DNA of 64,000 nt from Neodothiora populina (lineage: Eukaryota), in the NCBI RefSeq assembly GCF_041146345.1, contig NW_027191419.1:248001-312000 (forward strand), in the 5' to 3' direction. Positions 11,753 through 22,104 of the stretch are shown here, piece after piece; within the stretch, counting starts at the first letter, position 1; every line of letters starts with the position of its first letter. The notes beneath the pieces are model-generated. The model was not told where the DNA came from. It saw nothing but the letters and a program-made list of their open reading frames with translations, and did no database searches. Both the position numbers and the translations under genes were made by a program.

Positions 11753-13806
11753 TCAAATCCTCACGATATCAACCCTAGCCCTCTCATAGACCTCATGCCT
11801 CAACAACTTCTCTCCTTCCCTCTCCTCCTCCCTGACCTCTCTCCTCTTGACCACGACCCTGGCCCACGTGCCCGCGCCTCGCTTTTTCGAGAGGAAGCCA
11901 GGATTCACAACCATGACGCCGTCGACGACCTTGGCGAACGGCGTCAGAGCAGAGGGCAAGATCAGCAGGTCCGGCACGACGTTCAACATGTCGCCGAGTT
12001 TGAGGTATGAGATGTCGAGGGAGGCAGCTATACTCAGGCCACCTTTTCCCGCCGACGACGAGGAGTCGGAGTTGTCATCGTCGCCACGACGAGGCAGAGG
12101 CGGAAAGACAGGAAAGAAATGTCTCTGATCGATGACGTTGGCGCTCAGCGCAGCGAGGGTGTCGCCTGCGGCGAACCTGGCCGACGAGCTCACGACGCGC
12201 TGCCGCTGCATTTCGTAGAGCACGTCTTCGGAGCTAACCCCGACCAAAACCTCGTTGATGGACAGCATGATGGGGTTCGTGACGCACAGCACTTGTCGGG
12301 GAAGTCCGAGGTCTCGGCGCAGGAACTTGTCTTGCGGCCACGAGACGTGCTTGGATATGGCGTCTCGCACGGACGGGACCAGGATGACGGTCATGGACGG
12401 CACGCGCTGGATCAGGCGGTGCAAGGGGGGCGAAACGAGGGCGCGGAAGACGTCCGTCATGGTCGCGTTGTCTGGCGAGGAAAGGAAGTCGTCGGGCAGG
12501 GACACGTCTCCTGAGGCGATGAGCGGGTGTTCGAGGTCTAGGAAGGGCCCGGTCAGGATCAGCACGTCGGCGACGCATCCGGCGGCTTTGGAGCATATCT
12601 CTTCGAGCGCGTCGTACGAGAGGTCGCTTTCGGTCGTGTAGGGTCCTGAGGCGATGGATATGCTCAGTGGACGAGGGACGTCGTCGTCGGAGTCTGACGC
12701 TGATGAGAGACGTGCATTGTGCACCTCGAGATCAGCGGGGGAGGTGGCCGGCAGCTGCAGGCGTGGCAAGGTCAAGACTTCGCTGACGGAAAAGTATTCG
12801 CCTGAGGCGTTGATGCCCTTGAGCGCGACGATTTTGCCGGGGAAAAAGTCGAATTGCTGCTTGTCCATACGTAAGGGTACGCGTAGGCCGGCGCCCATTC
12901 GTCTGCTGGTCTCGAGGACCATTGACGCCGCGTTCAGTTTGCCCTCGGGCGCATCGCACGCTATTCTCCCGACCGCAATGATCTCGGCCGTGCTCTCTGC
13001 CGCCGGATTGCCAAAGGCCGACTCGGGGAAGCGGTGATGTTGCCTGACGAGGTCGGTGAACTCGTCGATGCGGTCGTCGAGGATCTCGGATGCTTCTGAT
13101 AGCTTCATGGCCATTGGTTTGTAGGCGAACTTGGGCATCTCCGTGTTGGCTTTCAGCTTGACTCGCGCCTCAGTGCTGGCTTCTGCCGGGGCTTCGGCCA
13201 AGGGGATGTGGCCGTTCAGCTGTTCGACGATCTGACCGGGGTCTTTTCTGTCTGCGAATGATGTGCCTTTTGCAATGGACTCGACGTTGGGGGTTCGCTG
13301 CTCGCCTGGCGAACTCGTTGTCTTGACTTTGCTGGCTTTGGCCGAGGGCGTCTCGAAGTTGTTGCGTCTCTTCCCTGCCGCGCTCTTTGACACCGGTGTG
13401 CCCGTCACCAGACTGTCGAGACTAGATTCACACCATCAGCATGACCTCAGTAGAGAAGACCAGCAGAGGAGCAAAGAACATACACTCCGAAGACGTCCCC
13501 AGTATTCGCATTCCTCGGCGTGGCATTGACGTTTCTCTTGCTCGCACTCTGCAAGTGGACTCTCCCCCTCGACTCCCTCTCCAACGCATCCTGGAGATCC
13601 TTCTTGAAGTCTCGCACCGTCTTGTAGTCCACGCGACTGTTCTCCCCGCCCATCTTCAGGCTGTACGCCTCCCATTTGAAGAACAGCTCCTGCGGCGACA
13701 GCGAGTGGACGCGCACGAGTGACTGCAGCTCGCCGAGGACATCTTGCGGCAGAGGCGCATTGGGTAAGGCGAACAGTTCGTTGATCTCGTCTGTGACTTC
13801 TGCCAT
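11753..13806 (-). CDS. POL12: DNA polymerase alpha/primase subunit B
   Basis: Exon 1 13806-13484 (MAEVTDEINELF...ELFFKWEAY), intron 13483-13422 (GTATGT..GCTGAT..TAG), exon 2 to 11753. Motifs AVGRIACD, FFPGKIVALKGIN.SG, ASGPYT, LILTGPFLD, PDLLILPS, VNPG and terminal RARVDIVRI. Confidence 0.95.
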
Positions 13807-13816
13807 TGCGTGTCTG

Positions 13817-13849
13817 TGTCTGTGTATGTGTATGTGTATGTGTATGTGT
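13817..13849. repeat. (TGTATG)n/(TGTCTG)n simple repeat immediately 5' of the POL12 ATG
   Basis: Directly visible. Confidence 0.85.
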
Positions 13850-13908
13850 GGTCGATATGTAATATGTTGTCATGCAAGACGGGAATAGTTGTTCGTCTTT
13901 TCCAGAAG

Positions 13909-14029
13909 ACGCGCCGGTGACGCGACATGACGCGCCAAGCCCTCGCGTTGGAATCGGGGCACTTCGACACCCATTCAGGGACTGGCGGGGGACGGACCAA
14001 TAGACTCCCGTCCGCCGAGCCGACACGCG
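13909..14029. promoter_or_regulatory. Cluster of MCB-like (ACGCG) elements in the POL12 promoter
   Basis: ACGCG at 13909, 13920, 13930 and 14025, and CGCGT at 13944, 100-220 bp upstream of a DNA replication gene. The MCB/MBF role is established in yeasts and inferred here. Confidence 0.65.
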
Positions 14030-14332
14030 GGACAACGTTGGGACCCCTGTTCTTGACCCACCTAGCAATCATTAGGTTATTGCATAAACCTTGTACGAAG
14101 CAGATACAGCGCCATCATAGGCTCGAGTTCACATGCATCCTCCAAGAGATCAAGAAGATCACCAAAAGATGATGCACAATCATGCCATGTCCACTCTCGG
14201 AAGGCTGGGCGCACCCTAGGCCAAGGCCAAGGCCAAGGCAGAGAGCGGCATCGGATTGCGCCGCTCGCTCGCTCCCTTTTTTCTAACTTGTACAGGGAGG
14301 GACGGGCGTTGTATCTTGCTGTATCGTCTGTC

Positions 14333-14334
<2 letters not shown>

Positions 14335-14367
<33 letters not shown>
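14335..14367. repeat. (TAG)11 microsatellite
   Basis: Directly visible. Confidence 0.95.
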
Positions 14368-14712
14368 CTTGCCTCATTGTACAGTACAGTAGATGTACCA
14401 GTGACGAGGGAGGAAGAGAGAGAGATTCACTCGTTTTGCAATCAAGCTTGTCTTATAAAATACTCGTAATAACCTCGCTCTCGACACTGTATTATACCCT
14501 GCCTCCCGTACCTTGGGATTGATAGTCCACTCTGCTCTCTCTCTCGCTCCCTCTCCTACACCGGATCCCGTGTCCTCAGGCCTTCAATCTCCTAGCCCGT
14601 CTTCTTTTCCTTTTTGTCCCTCCCTTCTCTCCTTCCACCCCCGGACCATCTTCCAAAGCATCTGTATATCACGCATACTCCCGACAGCTTTTCCTTGCTA
14701 CATACAACACAG

Positions 14713-15902
14713 ATGGCCAACGTCGCAGATGCCGTACCGGCGCCCGTCGACAGTGTTCAGGATTCCAGATCAAGCAGCAAGCCTGCCTCCATCACTTCTA
14801 CTCAGAAACAAAGCCCTCCCACCCCGGAAGAATATGCCCCCAAGGGCGCCGTCCGCACCCCCATCCTGGTCCCGGTGCCGACTTGTAAACCCGCCATCAT
14901 CGCGCCCCTGACCGCGGACCAGCAAGCCAAATACTCGCAGGTCTTCGCTACCGTGTCGAATTGGACCACCATTCCCAGCACGACGGACAAGCATGCCACC
15001 AACGAGCCCATCACCGACAACGAGCGCATGTTCCTGACCCGCGAGTGTCTGCTCCGATATCTGCGTGCGACCAAGTGGAAAGTCCCGGACGCCCTGCACA
15101 GGCTGCAGAGCACGCTCTCGTGGCGACGCGAGTACGGCGCCGACACCTTCACCGCAGACTACATCTCGCCGGAGAACGAGACCGGCAAGCAAGTCGTCAT
15201 CGGCTACGACGTCAATGCCCGTCCCTGCCTCTATCTCAATCCCGCCAAGCAGAACACGAAAATGAGCGACCGTCAAATACACCACCTTTCCTTCATGTTG
15301 GATCGCGTGCTCGACATGCTTCCCCCGGGCCAGGAGACGACGTGTCTCCTCATCAACTTCAAGGGCGCCGCCAGCGGCAACGTGCCCAGCGTCGCCCAGG
15401 CAAGAGCTGTGCTGAACATTCTACAAAACCACAACCCCGAGAGACTCGGACGCGCGCTCATCTCACAACGTGAGTTTTTTTGTTTTTGTTTATATGTACA
15501 AACAAAGACACAGCTAACTTTGACCAAACAGTGCCCTGGTACGTCAGCACCTTCTTCAAGCTCATCTCACCCTTCATCGACCCCGTCACCAAGGAAAAGA
15601 TGAAGTTCAACGAGGACCTGCGCAAATACGTGCCCCCGGAGCAACTCTGGAAGGAGAGCGGCGGCGATCTCGAGTTCGAATACGACCACGCCAAGTACTG
15701 GCCCGCTCTGAACGCAGAGTGCGACAAGCGAAGAGCGGCATACAAGCAGCGCTGGGTCGAGGCCGGCCAGAAGATCGGCGAGTACGAAGAGTACCTTCGC
15801 GGCGGAGACCATAAACCCCTGAGGGACATTGTCGTCGAGGCGGAGAAGGCCACCGCTGCGGCCGAGGACGGCACCCCGGACATTGCCCAGTTGAAGGTTT
15901 AA
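14713..15902 (+). CDS. CRAL-TRIO/Sec14-family phosphatidylinositol transfer protein, Pdr16/Sfh3-like
   Basis: ATG 14713; intron 15470-15531 (GTGAGT..GCTAAC..CAG). Motifs FLTRECLLRYLRATKW, ENETGKQ..IGYD..ARPCLYL, ILQNHNPERLG, FFKLISPFIDPVTKEKMKF. Confidence 0.93.
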
Positions 15903-18137
15903 ATACAACACGCAGGAAAACGCTTTGCAGGCCAGAGCTGAGCGGGGAGCCCATCAAAAGATGTGCAGGAAGAGTGGCATTTGTGTCAAACGAACTGGGT
16001 AGGCACACACCGATTGAGCGGCAGCCTCGGTGCTGTCCTGTACATGTAGACAGAGAGGCGTATACGATACAAACAAGGCGCGATGATGCCTCTGATTCCG
16101 TCGTCCTCGAACGTGTGATCATCGTCAGTCCACGGAAACTACAAAGCTACAGATAACCATCATACATAAAAACAAATACTCTCAACCACGGAACATCCAA
16201 CCAAGTCCTGCATACGAGGCCGGCCAGACGATCAATCAATCAATCCATCATCCCATTTCCGACTATCCACTCAAACCTCGCATTCAGACAGTCTGACATG
16301 AAACCAGCCCGAACAGGACACCGCATGATCACAGTACAAATCGAGACAATCCATATATATGAACAATATCGCGGCCCTGTGTACAGTATGCCATGCCTCC
16401 GTGCGGCCACTAACCAGGAGGTACAAGTAGTGTAGTGTAATCGATAAAGCCCCCGGCGTCCGGTGTCCGGTGTCCGGTGTCCGGGCTCGCGCTATCTGGC
16501 TGGTTGGCCGCAAGGCCTCGGTAGATACTGCCCAAGGTAAGGTAAGGTAGGTAAGGTACCGCTTCGCCCAGAAATCAAGATGCTGCATCGCATCGCGAGC
16601 AAGCTGCACCCCGCCCTGGTCGTCGTCGCAGCAGTCATCTCAAAACTCCACCTACCTTCTTTCTAGTATCATCGTTATCGTGAATGAGAACCACAGGACA
16701 CCCGCTGCTCGCAAGTGTAATATCACAGACAGAAGGACGTTCATTCACCGACCGGTCAGCCTGCCTTGGTACGATGCACGTCTCTGTGTCTCCGTGATGA
16801 TCAATGTCCACGGAGTCACGGCACTCTTGCTATTGACACCTTGTATAAGGTACCTACCTTACGCCGCCGCGTGTACTCGTACGCGCATGGATTCGCTATG
16901 CGGTCGGTGGGCGCTGCTACGGTGTGAAGTGCGGTGGGGGTGAACAGAGGAATTGACAGATTAATTGCACGACTCACGCTACCTACCTACTGTATCTCGG
17001 TCCAGGGCGTGGCTCTGTAGTCCTCTATGCCTCTCTCTCGCCATCACACTATCTTCTACGTACCATACTATATCTACTTTTTCCCTTCTCGCTAAGGTGT
17101 GACGAAGGTGGCCCACGCCCGTGCACCCGAGTTTTGGCCTGACCCCGTCCCCCGATGGGCTTTAAACCTTGGAATCCCATGTTTGCCAAGGGTGGCCAAG
17201 GTGTACGTGATGCGTTACGGGTACGGGGGCATGGAGAGTCCGGTAAAGCTTTGCTTGCCTTGAAAAACAAAAGGCAGACACTACTCTGTGGCTGTCGTAA
17301 TATTTGTATGGCATGTAGAGAAAGAAGCCGACCACTTTTGGTCAGTACGTCTTTGCCCGGCAGCATTGCATGCAATCTGCTCTGGGATCGCGGAAAAGCA
17401 AGGCTATTATACGAGTTACATCATGCAGGCGGGGGAGGTGCCCCCCCCCCCCCAGGTGGTTCACTTTAAATGGTAAGAAAACATTACCTCAACCGATCAG
17501 CCGTAAGTCTATCTTGGCACTAAGATAATCATCACCACTCTCACCTTGGCACCACCAGCCCATTGCCTCTCTACCTTGCCTTTCTGTACTGCTACCTCCC
17601 AAGCATTGATTTCACTATCCTTTTTTTTTCTTGTTTTTCCCCGTCTTGTCTGTTCAAGAGTCGACCTTTTAGACTTCAGCACCACGTTCGCTCGACCTCA
17701 CCGGTGGCTATATTCTGTGATTTGCAATTGTATAAACAAAGCAGCCCATTACTCCGCCAAGAAAGACTCTCCGCGCCTTCACTCTGTGTCTCTCCCCCGC
17801 CTCCAATAACCCTTCTCCGGGAAACTTCTACGGTACCGCCATTCTCTGGCAGGCAGGAGCGGCGACTGGGCGCATCCACAGCACTGTATGAGCTGGATAG
17901 AGCATACATCGACTGCGCTCTCTGCCGCGAATTGGGACGATAGACCGCTCAACTAGAGCAACATTCGCTCATGTGCGAAAAGAAAAAAGAAAAGCAATAT
18001 AACGATATTTACACTCAAAATCAACAGAAACGTCGACGACCCCTCTCAAAGTCTGGATCTTGGGTTTCCTGTCGTTGCGCTGTTCTGGTGTCGTTCTGCT
18101 TGTTGTAGAAACAAAAGGTAATTGTACCTAGAATAAA

Positions 18138-18166
18138 TACCCACCACCACCACCACCACCACCACC
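18138..18166. repeat. (ACC)n repeat directly abutting the NHA1 start codon
   Basis: ccaccaccac...accaccATG, directly visible. Confidence 0.9.
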
Positions 18167-21100
18167 ATGGCTTGGGATCATTTAGCCATCAACCGACCGC
18201 ATCTGGTCTACATCATCCTGGGAGGCTTCACCAGTCTTTTCATGTTGTGTTCCTCAGTCATCAAAGAAAGATTATACATTGGCGAAGCCACGGTAGCCAC
18301 CATTTGTGGTATCATTTTCGGTCCACATGCCGCCGACCTGATAGATCCAGGTACATGGGGAAACACTGACCAAATCACGCTTGAGTTCGCCCGCATTGTT
18401 CTCGTTGTGCAATGTTTCGCCGTCGGAGTCGAGTTGCCAAAGGCTTACATGGAACGGCACTGGCGGTCTGTCACCTTCCTCCTTATTCCCGTCATGACCT
18501 TCGGCTGGCTCATCACCAGTCTTTTCATCTGGGCTCTCATCCCCCCACTCAATTGGCTCGACAGTTTGTGCGTCGCTGCTTGTGTCACCGCCACTGATCC
18601 CGTCCTCGCCTCGTCTGTCGTTGGTAAGGGCAAGTTCGCCAAGCGTGTACCAAAGCATTTGCGAGACTTGCTATCGGCCGAGTCCGGGTGCAACGACGGC
18701 ATGGCCTTTCCCTTCGTCTACCTTCCCCTTTACATCATCCGTTACCGTCACGAGCCTCATGAGGTCGCACTCGAATGGATCTGTGTCACCATCTTGTACG
18801 AGTGTGTCTTCGGTGCGGTATACGGCTTCTTGGTCGGCTACATTGCTCGACGCTTGATCAGACTTGCTCACGAAAAGGACATCATCGATAGGGAATCGTT
18901 CCTGGTGTTTTACTTTGTTCTCGCTCTCTTCTGCGCTGGTTCAGGAAGTATTTTGGGTGTTGATGATTTGCTCGTCGGTTTTGCTTGTGGTGTCGGCTTC
19001 AGTAATGATGGTTGGTTCACTGAGAAGACCGAAGAGTCTCACGTCTCCAACGTCATCGATTTGCTCATCAATTTGGCCTTTTTCGTTTACTTTGGAACCA
19101 TCATCCCATGGCCCCAGTTCAACTCGGACATTCTTGGTCTCAACGCCTGGAGACTCGTCGTCCTCGGTATCTTGGTCGTTCTGTTCCGTCGCATACCGAT
19201 CATGATGGTGTTGAAGCCCGTCATTCCAGACATCAAGACATGGAGAGAGGCTCTTTTCGCTGGTCACTTTGGCCCGATCGGAGTAGGCGCCATCTTCGTC
19301 GCCATCCTCGCGAGGGCTGAGCTAGAGACTGATTCCACCACTCCCTTGGCTGAGCTCCCTGAGCCCGGCTTCGAACATCTCAACATCATCGAACTCATCT
19401 GGCCTATCACGACGTTCCTTGTTATTGTGTCTATAGTGGTCCATGGCTCCTCTATCGCGGTCTTCACGCTCGGAAAACGAATCAACACTCTGACCTTGAC
19501 CATGTCCTACACACAAGCCAACGAGGAAGGCCCATCCTGGATGGACAGACTACCTCGTATCCAATCGAGATCGAAGACCTCCATGTCCTTGAGACGGCCA
19601 GACGATACGGAATCCTCAATCGATGAAAAGAATGACTTCCCTGGAGGCGTGGTGCCCGGAAACTTCTTGCGTCGACAGCCGGTCAATGACTCTCCTTATG
19701 GAACAGGAAATCGAAGGAAGTCGCGCAAGTCCAGCCATTACGGAGGACCCATCAGTCAATCTGCTATTGCTCCTCAACGGAACAACACGGACAGCGGCGA
19801 TGACAGGCCAGGAATCGGTCCCCGAGCCGACTCTGAAGCAGAGACTGATAGACCTATGCGTAGGCCGATGGCAGCCAAGAACGAGGAACAGGACGATGCC
19901 GACGAAGAAGGCGAGATGGAAGGCGAGGTCTATGAGGAGGGTAATGACACTGTTTACGAGGACGAAGAGGGTAATGTCCTCGGCGTGGAGGAAGCCAAAA
20001 AGGGTCAGTCGGATGCTCAGAGACAGCAGCATGAGGCAAGGAAGGGTCACAGATTAATGGAGCAGCACGACGTACATCACGGTGTCGCCTGGGACAAAGA
20101 AGACCCTCACGAGGACACAGGAGACAGGGTGGAAAAGGCCGGCGAAGGTGCTCTGTCGGGTCTCGCTCACCCGCAAAAGGAATGGAAAAAGATGATGAAG
20201 GGACACTTTGGCGGCCTTCGCCAGAGTGAGGACCACCAGGCCGCAAAGCCCAAGTCGACAGAGAAACCACCGCGTGCAGCTGCCCGTGCCTACCAATTCG
20301 GCAACACCATCATCGTTGAAGACGAAGACGGCGAGGTCTTGAAGAAATACGACATCCCTGCACAACCCAAGAAGGAAAAGGCCGAGGGTGCCAACACAGG
20401 TGGACAATCGACCAGACAAAAAATCACAAGGATGGGCACGTTCGGTCTGTCAGGCAAGGGCGAGACAAAAGCCGAGCCTGGCTCGGCCGAAGCAACAAAG
20501 GCGACGGCCGAGGGCGAGAAGAAGAAAAAGAAGCGTCAGGAGGAGGACGAGGCGGACGACGCTCGCCTACGCTTCACCGTCGGTGCCGGAGGTCGCAGGA
20601 TGAGCAAGCAAGAGTTCATCCGCCAAGTGTCACAGCTAGACCCCAAAGCGCGAGCCAAGCTCATCGAGCAGAGTGACGTGCCCGAAGCACTCAAAGACCA
20701 AGCGCGCGAAGACGCAAGTCAAGGCCGCCGTCCGAGCGCGCAGAAGTTCGAAAGCCACCTCGACCGTAAAATGCCCGAGCTGCAAGACTTCGGACCCATG
20801 CCCGAGAGCAGCGAAGAAAGCAGCGAAGGAGCAGCCGTGACGCGGGTGGCGAGCCACGAAAGCGGCGGCGGACCAGAAGGGTTGACACTGATCGACTCCA
20901 ATGACAACAACATCCCCTTCCACGAGGGCCACAACCAAGAAGCGCCAGACCACCCATCATACAACATCCGAGGCGACCTCGCGCGCCGCGAAACAGCAGC
21001 GGAGCGACGCCGCCGCGAAGCCCGAGCCCGCAACCAACAACAGCAACAAACCCAACGCCGCCAACTCTCTCCTTCTCCAACCCGCGTATCCCCCCAAGAA

Positions 21101-21415
21101 TACGAAGAAGACAGCGAAGACGACGGCACGGAGCGTGTGGTACCTCCGCCCCAACGCTCCACCGGCGCCAAAATCAGCAACAACACCAACGACCGCCGCT
21201 TCGAGTCGGACAACGAGGGCGAAACCGCCGCTGAGCGAAGACGCAGAGAGGGCGCCCTGGGCCTCAGTAAAGAAGAGTCCGACAGCGACGACGACGACAA
21301 CAACGGGCCCAGACAGGTGCCGCAGTCCATCAGGTTCGCGGAGCCCGAGAGGCCTGGCCCGGCGGCGCAGAGGTCGAATGGGAAGTTGAGGTGGGGCACT
21401 GATCGACGGGGTTGA
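18167..21415 (+). CDS. NHA1: Plasma-membrane Na+(K+)/H+ antiporter, Nha1/Sod2 family, 1082 aa
   Basis: MAWDHL start, KERLYIGEA, TATDPVLA, ESGCNDG, GVDDLL and GHFGPIGVGA; multi-TM N-terminal half and long hydrophilic tail. Confidence 0.95.
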   Translation: MAWDHLAINRPHLVYIILGGFTSLFMLCSSVIKERLYIGEATVATICGIIFGPHAADLIDPGTWGNTDQITLEFARIVLVVQCFAVGVELPKAYMERHWRSVTFLLIPVMTFGWLITSLFIWALIPPLNWLDSLCVAACVTATDPVLASSVVGKGKFAKRVPKHLRDLLSAESGCNDGMAFPFVYLPLYIIRYRHEPHEVALEWICVTILYECVFGAVYGFLVGYIARRLIRLAHEKDIIDRESFLVFYFVLALFCAGSGSILGVDDLLVGFACGVGFSNDGWFTEKTEESHVSNVIDLLINLAFFVYFGTIIPWPQFNSDILGLNAWRLVVLGILVVLFRRIPIMMVLKPVIPDIKTWREALFAGHFGPIGVGAIFVAILARAELETDSTTPLAELPEPGFEHLNIIELIWPITTFLVIVSIVVHGSSIAVFTLGKRINTLTLTMSYTQANEEGPSWMDRLPRIQSRSKTSMSLRRPDDTESSIDEKNDFPGGVVPGNFLRRQPVNDSPYGTGNRRKSRKSSHYGGPISQSAIAPQRNNTDSGDDRPGIGPRADSEAETDRPMRRPMAAKNEEQDDADEEGEMEGEVYEEGNDTVYEDEEGNVLGVEEAKKGQSDAQRQQHEARKGHRLMEQHDVHHGVAWDKEDPHEDTGDRVEKAGEGALSGLAHPQKEWKKMMKGHFGGLRQSEDHQAAKPKSTEKPPRAAARAYQFGNTIIVEDEDGEVLKKYDIPAQPKKEKAEGANTGGQSTRQKITRMGTFGLSGKGETKAEPGSAEATKATAEGEKKKKKRQEEDEADDARLRFTVGAGGRRMSKQEFIRQVSQLDPKARAKLIEQSDVPEALKDQAREDASQGRRPSAQKFESHLDRKMPELQDFGPMPESSEESSEGAAVTRVASHESGGGPEGLTLIDSNDNNIPFHEGHNQEAPDHPSYNIRGDLARRETAAERRRREARARNQQQQQTQRRQLSPSPTRVSPQEYEEDSEDDGTERVVPPPQRSTGAKISNNTNDRRFESDNEGETAAERRRREGALGLSKEESDSDDDDNNGPRQVPQSIRFAEPERPGPAAQRSNGKLRWGTDRRG

Positions 21416-21525
21416 TTTTTTTTATTCTTCTTGTCTATTTTTCCCGCTGCGGCTTCTCGTCGACGTCTTTCATACACGAGACAAAGACGGAAAAAGGATG
21501 CCGTAGAGGCAGGCATGTGATTTAC

Positions 21526-21571
21526 ATCATCCATCCATCCATCCATCCATCCATCCATCCATCCATCCATC
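21526..21571. repeat. (CATC)n microsatellite in the NHA1 3' region
   Basis: Directly visible. Confidence 0.9.
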
Positions 21572-21880
21572 AAATGACGACGACGATGATGTCGATGAGC
21601 GATGAGCGATGAAAGTAAGTGGATAGTGGATGGAACGAACGGATGAATAAACAAACACACGCTCGGACTCGCGATCGATCTCGAGAGGAGTATGACGAGG
21701 AGAGGAGAGAAAGAGAGAGACAGAGAGAGAGATGACAAACTTGTACATAGCCCCCCCCCCCCAACCATACAATAACACTTTATATTGTCCATAATGCATA
21801 TACAATTCTCTATAAATGAAAGACAATCCTTGATCCTTGCCTTGGCTTGATGTTGATATCCGTTCGTTATGACCACTCCT

Positions 21881-21947
21881 TAGACTACATTATAGACTAC
21901 TCCATGGACTACATCATAGACTACATCATAGACTACTCCATAGACTA
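21881..21947. repeat. 12-bp minisatellite, consensus TAGACTAC(AT/TC)CA, about 5.5 copies
   Basis: Units TAGACTACATTA, TAGACTACTCCA, TGGACTACATCA, TAGACTACATCA, TAGACTACTCCA, TAGACTA. Confidence 0.9.
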
Positions 21948-22104
21948 GACTCGAAGATATAAGTGTATTGTAGGCCGATATTGTATGCGAGCATGCCTCT
22001 GTGTTTCAATAATATCGGGCAGTATAACGGAGGGCGGATCTAGATAGAGAGACAGGCGAAAGGGCTGACTGCACTGTACATACAGTAGTTTAGATCCGAG
22101 AAGA

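Noticed and set aside
20719..21876. 385-aa minus-strand ORF and other long antisense ORFs (e.g. 22352-23230 alternative frame, 31039-31746, 38005-38703)
   Set aside because: These are shadows of real GC-rich CDSs or microsatellite translations (MDGW repeats) with no recognisable domains.
21881..21947. CRISPR-like array
   Set aside because: Contiguous 12-bp units with no spacers, in a eukaryotic context.
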